Shown one piece after another: positions 61,074 through 64,000 of a DNA stretch of 64,000 nt. The DNA comes from Takakia lepidozioides. Its lineage: Eukaryota > Plantae > Bryophyta. Below the pieces are notes generated by a model. That model saw only the letters and a program-made list of their open reading frames with translations, was not told the origin of the DNA and searched no databases. The stretch is from contig CM060734.1 of the NCBI GenBank assembly GCA_030704615.1, positions 45,756,001 through 45,820,000 on the forward strand, written 5' to 3'. The position numbers were made by a program, and so were the translations under genes. Every line of letters starts with the position of its first letter. Position 1 is the first letter of the stretch.

Positions 61074-63020
61074 ATAACAGAGATGAGGAGAAGCTTTGGA
61101 ATGAACACTTTTCCGACCCGAGTCACTGGTGGGACAATGGAGACAAAAAGGTGAATGCCTGTTGGACTACAGAGAGAAGCAGATGAAATTCAGATTTGGA
61201 ACTACTGTAATAAGTAGGGTTGGGATGTCTGTTGGAAGAACTTCATGCCGTCAGTCCTAAATTTCCATGTTGAATTCTGCAAGTTAGCTGGTTGACTGAA
61301 TCTAGTTTGGAGTGACTTTGACATGATACTGCCAATGCGATAACAGGAAAGTATCCAACAACAGGTAACAAAGATGAGGAGAGGGTGTGGAATGAATACA
61401 TTTCTGCCCCCAGTCAATGGTGGGACAACAGAGGCAAAACGTTGAATGCCTGCTAGAGAGTAGTAGACGCAATTCAGTAGTGTGATTGGGTGTTTCCTAG
61501 AACAAATCTAGGCTGTCATTGTCAGCTGCTAGCAGCAAGGGCAAAGATGAATTTATGATTTGTGCAGAGGCATGGATAGCTGAAGGAGAAGGGATAGAGT
61601 GTGGGTCCAGATATCCAAGAGGGCCAGATTTCAAGCACAAGATTACGTATGATTTCCTATGGATCAATAGCTACAAGAAACCTGCATGCGTAGATGGTCA
61701 ATTAAAGGCAGCAGCTGCAGCGGTACAGTTGATAAAATCAGGCACCTCAACCCTGACCACAGCTTCTGGAAGAGGATCAAGAGAGGGAGTCCACAATGCC
61801 TCTTCTGGCACTTCTGGACATGTGAAGATGCTTTGTGAGGCAGGCAGACTGAAAGAGGATCTACAGACTTTAAACCAAGGAGGAATTTCAGCAGATTCAG
61901 ATACGTATGTCTGTCTCTTGCATAAGTGCATCAAGATGAAAGGCCTTGAAGCTGGAAAGCAGGTGCACACGAGGGGTGAAGCCCATCCACATCACGTTCG
62001 TTTGTGTTTGCAATACATGTGTGAGCCTTGGAAAAGGGGAAAGAGGTTCATGATGACATCGTCAAATCTGGAATTGTACCAGATGTCATTCTGAACACTG
62101 CTCTAGTGGACATGTATGCCAAATGTGGGTGCATTAAGGATGCAAGGCAGTTTTCAACAATATGGCTGAACGAGATGTGGTGTCGTGGAGCGCGATGCTT
62201 GCAGGGTATGCACAGCAGGGACGTGGGGTGGAGGCTGTGGAGACCTATGAGCAAATGATGGGGGAAGGGGTGAAGCCCAACCACATCACGTTTGTGTGTG
62301 TTTGCAATGCGTGTGCAAGCCTGGCAGCTCTGGAAAAGGGCAAAGAGGCCCACTTCGACATTGTCAGAGCTGGAATTGTACCCGATGTCATTCTGAACAA
62401 TGCCCTCGTGGACATGTATGCCAAATGTTGGAGCATCAAGGATGCAAAGGCAGTGTTCAACAATATGGTTGAATGAAATGTGGTGTCGTGGAATGCGATG
62501 CTTGCAGGGTATGCACAGCAGGGGCGCGGGATGGAGGCTTTGGAGACGTGTGAGCAAATGATGGTGGAAGGGGTGAAGCCCGACCACATCAGGTCTGTGC
62601 ATTTGCAAGCCTGGCAGCCCTGGAAAAGGGCAAAGTGGTGCATGGTTGCATCGCAAAAGCTGGAACTGTACCAGATGTGATTCTGAACAATACCCTTGTG
62701 GATATGTATGCAAAATGTGGGTGCATCGAGGATGCGGAGGGAGTGTTTGACAGTATGGTTGAACGAGATTTGGTGTCGTGGAGTGCGATGATTGCAGGGT
62801 ATGCATAGCAAGGGCGCGTGATGGAGTCTTTGGAAACCTATGAGCAAATGATGGGGGAAGGGGTGAAGCCCGACCACATCACGTTTGTTTCCGTTTGCAA
62901 TGCCTGTGCAAGCCTGGCAGCCCTGGAAAGGGCAAAGAGGTCCATGGTGACATCGTCAAAGCTGGAATTGTACACTGCCCTGGTGAACATGTGCACCCTG
63001 TGACAAAGCAGGTGCACACT
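61074..63020 (+). pseudogene. PDF-motif / PLS-PPR fusion pseudogene
   Basis: Two PDF N-halves (61074-61150, 61365-61440) and a C-half from 61611 reading in frame into the first PPR motif. A frameshift follows at ~61970. Confidence 0.88.
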
Positions 63021-63224
63021 CACATTATCCTAAGTTGCTCAATTTGTATGGTGTTCAACTGTTGCGGGCATCACCTTAGTAGTTTTGGAGCGACTGTTCC
63101 CACTGATAGTCAGGTGTCCGAGGAACTGGAATCTCCAGTGAAATATTAACACATCTAATGTGCCCCATTTTTCAAATATGAAGATTTCCAGAGTTCCCAT
63201 GGGGTTAAGGCTTCATGAAGGCAC

Positions 63225-64000
63225 TGCTAATGAAGGCCCTTCTTCAACACATTTCGCCCTGTTTTTCCCTCTAATCAGAATCGGCCCTAAATTTCCATGT
63301 TGAATTCTGCGAGTTAGCTGGTTGAGTGAATCTAGTTTGCAGTGACTTTGACATGATACTGCCAATGTGACAACAGGAAACTATCCAAAAACAGGTAACA
63401 GAGATGAAGAGAAGCTGTGGAATGAATACTCTCTGACCCCAGTCAATGGTGGGACAACCAAGGCAAAAGGTGAATGCCTGACAGATTACCAGATGTCATT
63501 CTGAACACTGCCCTGGTGGAAATGTATGTCAAATGTGCGTGCATCGAGGAAAGGGTGTGCTCGAAAGTATGGCTGAATGAGATGTGGTGTCGTGGAGTGC
63601 GATGATTGCAGGCTATGCACAACAAGGGTGCGGGATGGAGGCTTTGGAGACCTATGAGCAAATGATGTACGAAGGGGTGAAGCCCAACCACAGAACGTTT
63701 GTTTTTGCTTGCAATGCGTGTGCAAGCCTGGGAGCTCTGGAAAAGGGGAAAGAGGTCCATGGTGACATCGTCAAAGCTGGAATTGTACCAGATATCATCC
63801 TGAACACTGCCCTGGTGGACATGTATGCACGGGATGGAGGCTTTGGAGACCTATGAGCAAATGATGTGCGAAGGGGTGAAGCCCAACCACATAACGTTTG
63901 TTTTTGTTTGTAATGCGTGTGCAAGCCTGGGAGCTCTGGAAAAGGGGAAAGAGGTCCATGGTGACACTGTCAAAGCTGGAATTGAACCAGATGTCATCCT
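63225..64000 (+). pseudogene. Further PDF-half / PPR fragment
   Basis: Frameshifted PDF N-half at 63395-63469, joined at ~63488 to PPR repeats. Confidence 0.85.

Larger units (their letters stand above)
59350..64000 (+). mobile_element. Putative composite Helitron, 5' part (continues beyond the right edge)
   Basis: TTCTAGCTCTCGACCGAAGGTCGAGAGCTAG hairpin plus CACGTC block, immediately after the previous CTAG end; PDF/PPR cargo follows. Confidence 0.45.

Noticed and set aside
61365-62094. Functional PDF-PPR gene at this copy (a shifted GT donor at 61441 would restore the frame)
   Set aside because: The donor is weak, and a downstream deletion/frameshift at ~61970 plus later stops break the gene.

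Overview
Eukaryotic nuclear DNA from a land plant, with GT-AG introns and many PLS-class PPR-DYW RNA-editing sequences. It is probably a non-seed plant, and the repeats look moss-like, but that is inference only. Apparently intact host genes: the 5' part of WBP11/ELF5 (-), an intronless F-box/kelch-like gene (+), one complete PLS-PPR-E1-E2-DYW editing factor (+), a small RPA1-C-terminal-like OB-fold gene (-) and eIF1/SUI1 (+). A SEC-C-motif gene has no visible last exon. Mobile DNA: an intron-containing IS3/IS481-integrase-type DNA transposon with ~340-bp TIRs and a 7-bp TSD, a head-to-tail array of non-autonomous Helitrons, a decayed L1-like LINE, a truncated Gypsy-type LTR element, and LINE/CRE fragments. 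Two observations stand out. (1) The PPR family here carries an intron-split N-terminal PDF motif (W..YF.DPSQWWDNRGKK|THPxGPDFKHK..LWI...PAWV), the ssDNA-binding motif of organellar OSB proteins. In one copy the motif's C-half runs in frame into a PPR motif. A degenerate copy also lies upstream of the intact DYW gene and can be spliced onto it in frame. (2) The scrambled PPR/PDF/DYW pseudogene mosaics are bracketed by repeated Helitron-like termini (A|TTCTAGC-hairpin ... hairpin-CTAG|T, one pair abutting head-to-tail), which suggests rolling-circle elements that capture and shuffle PPR editing-factor modules. All gene models and family assignments are manual readings without database searches.
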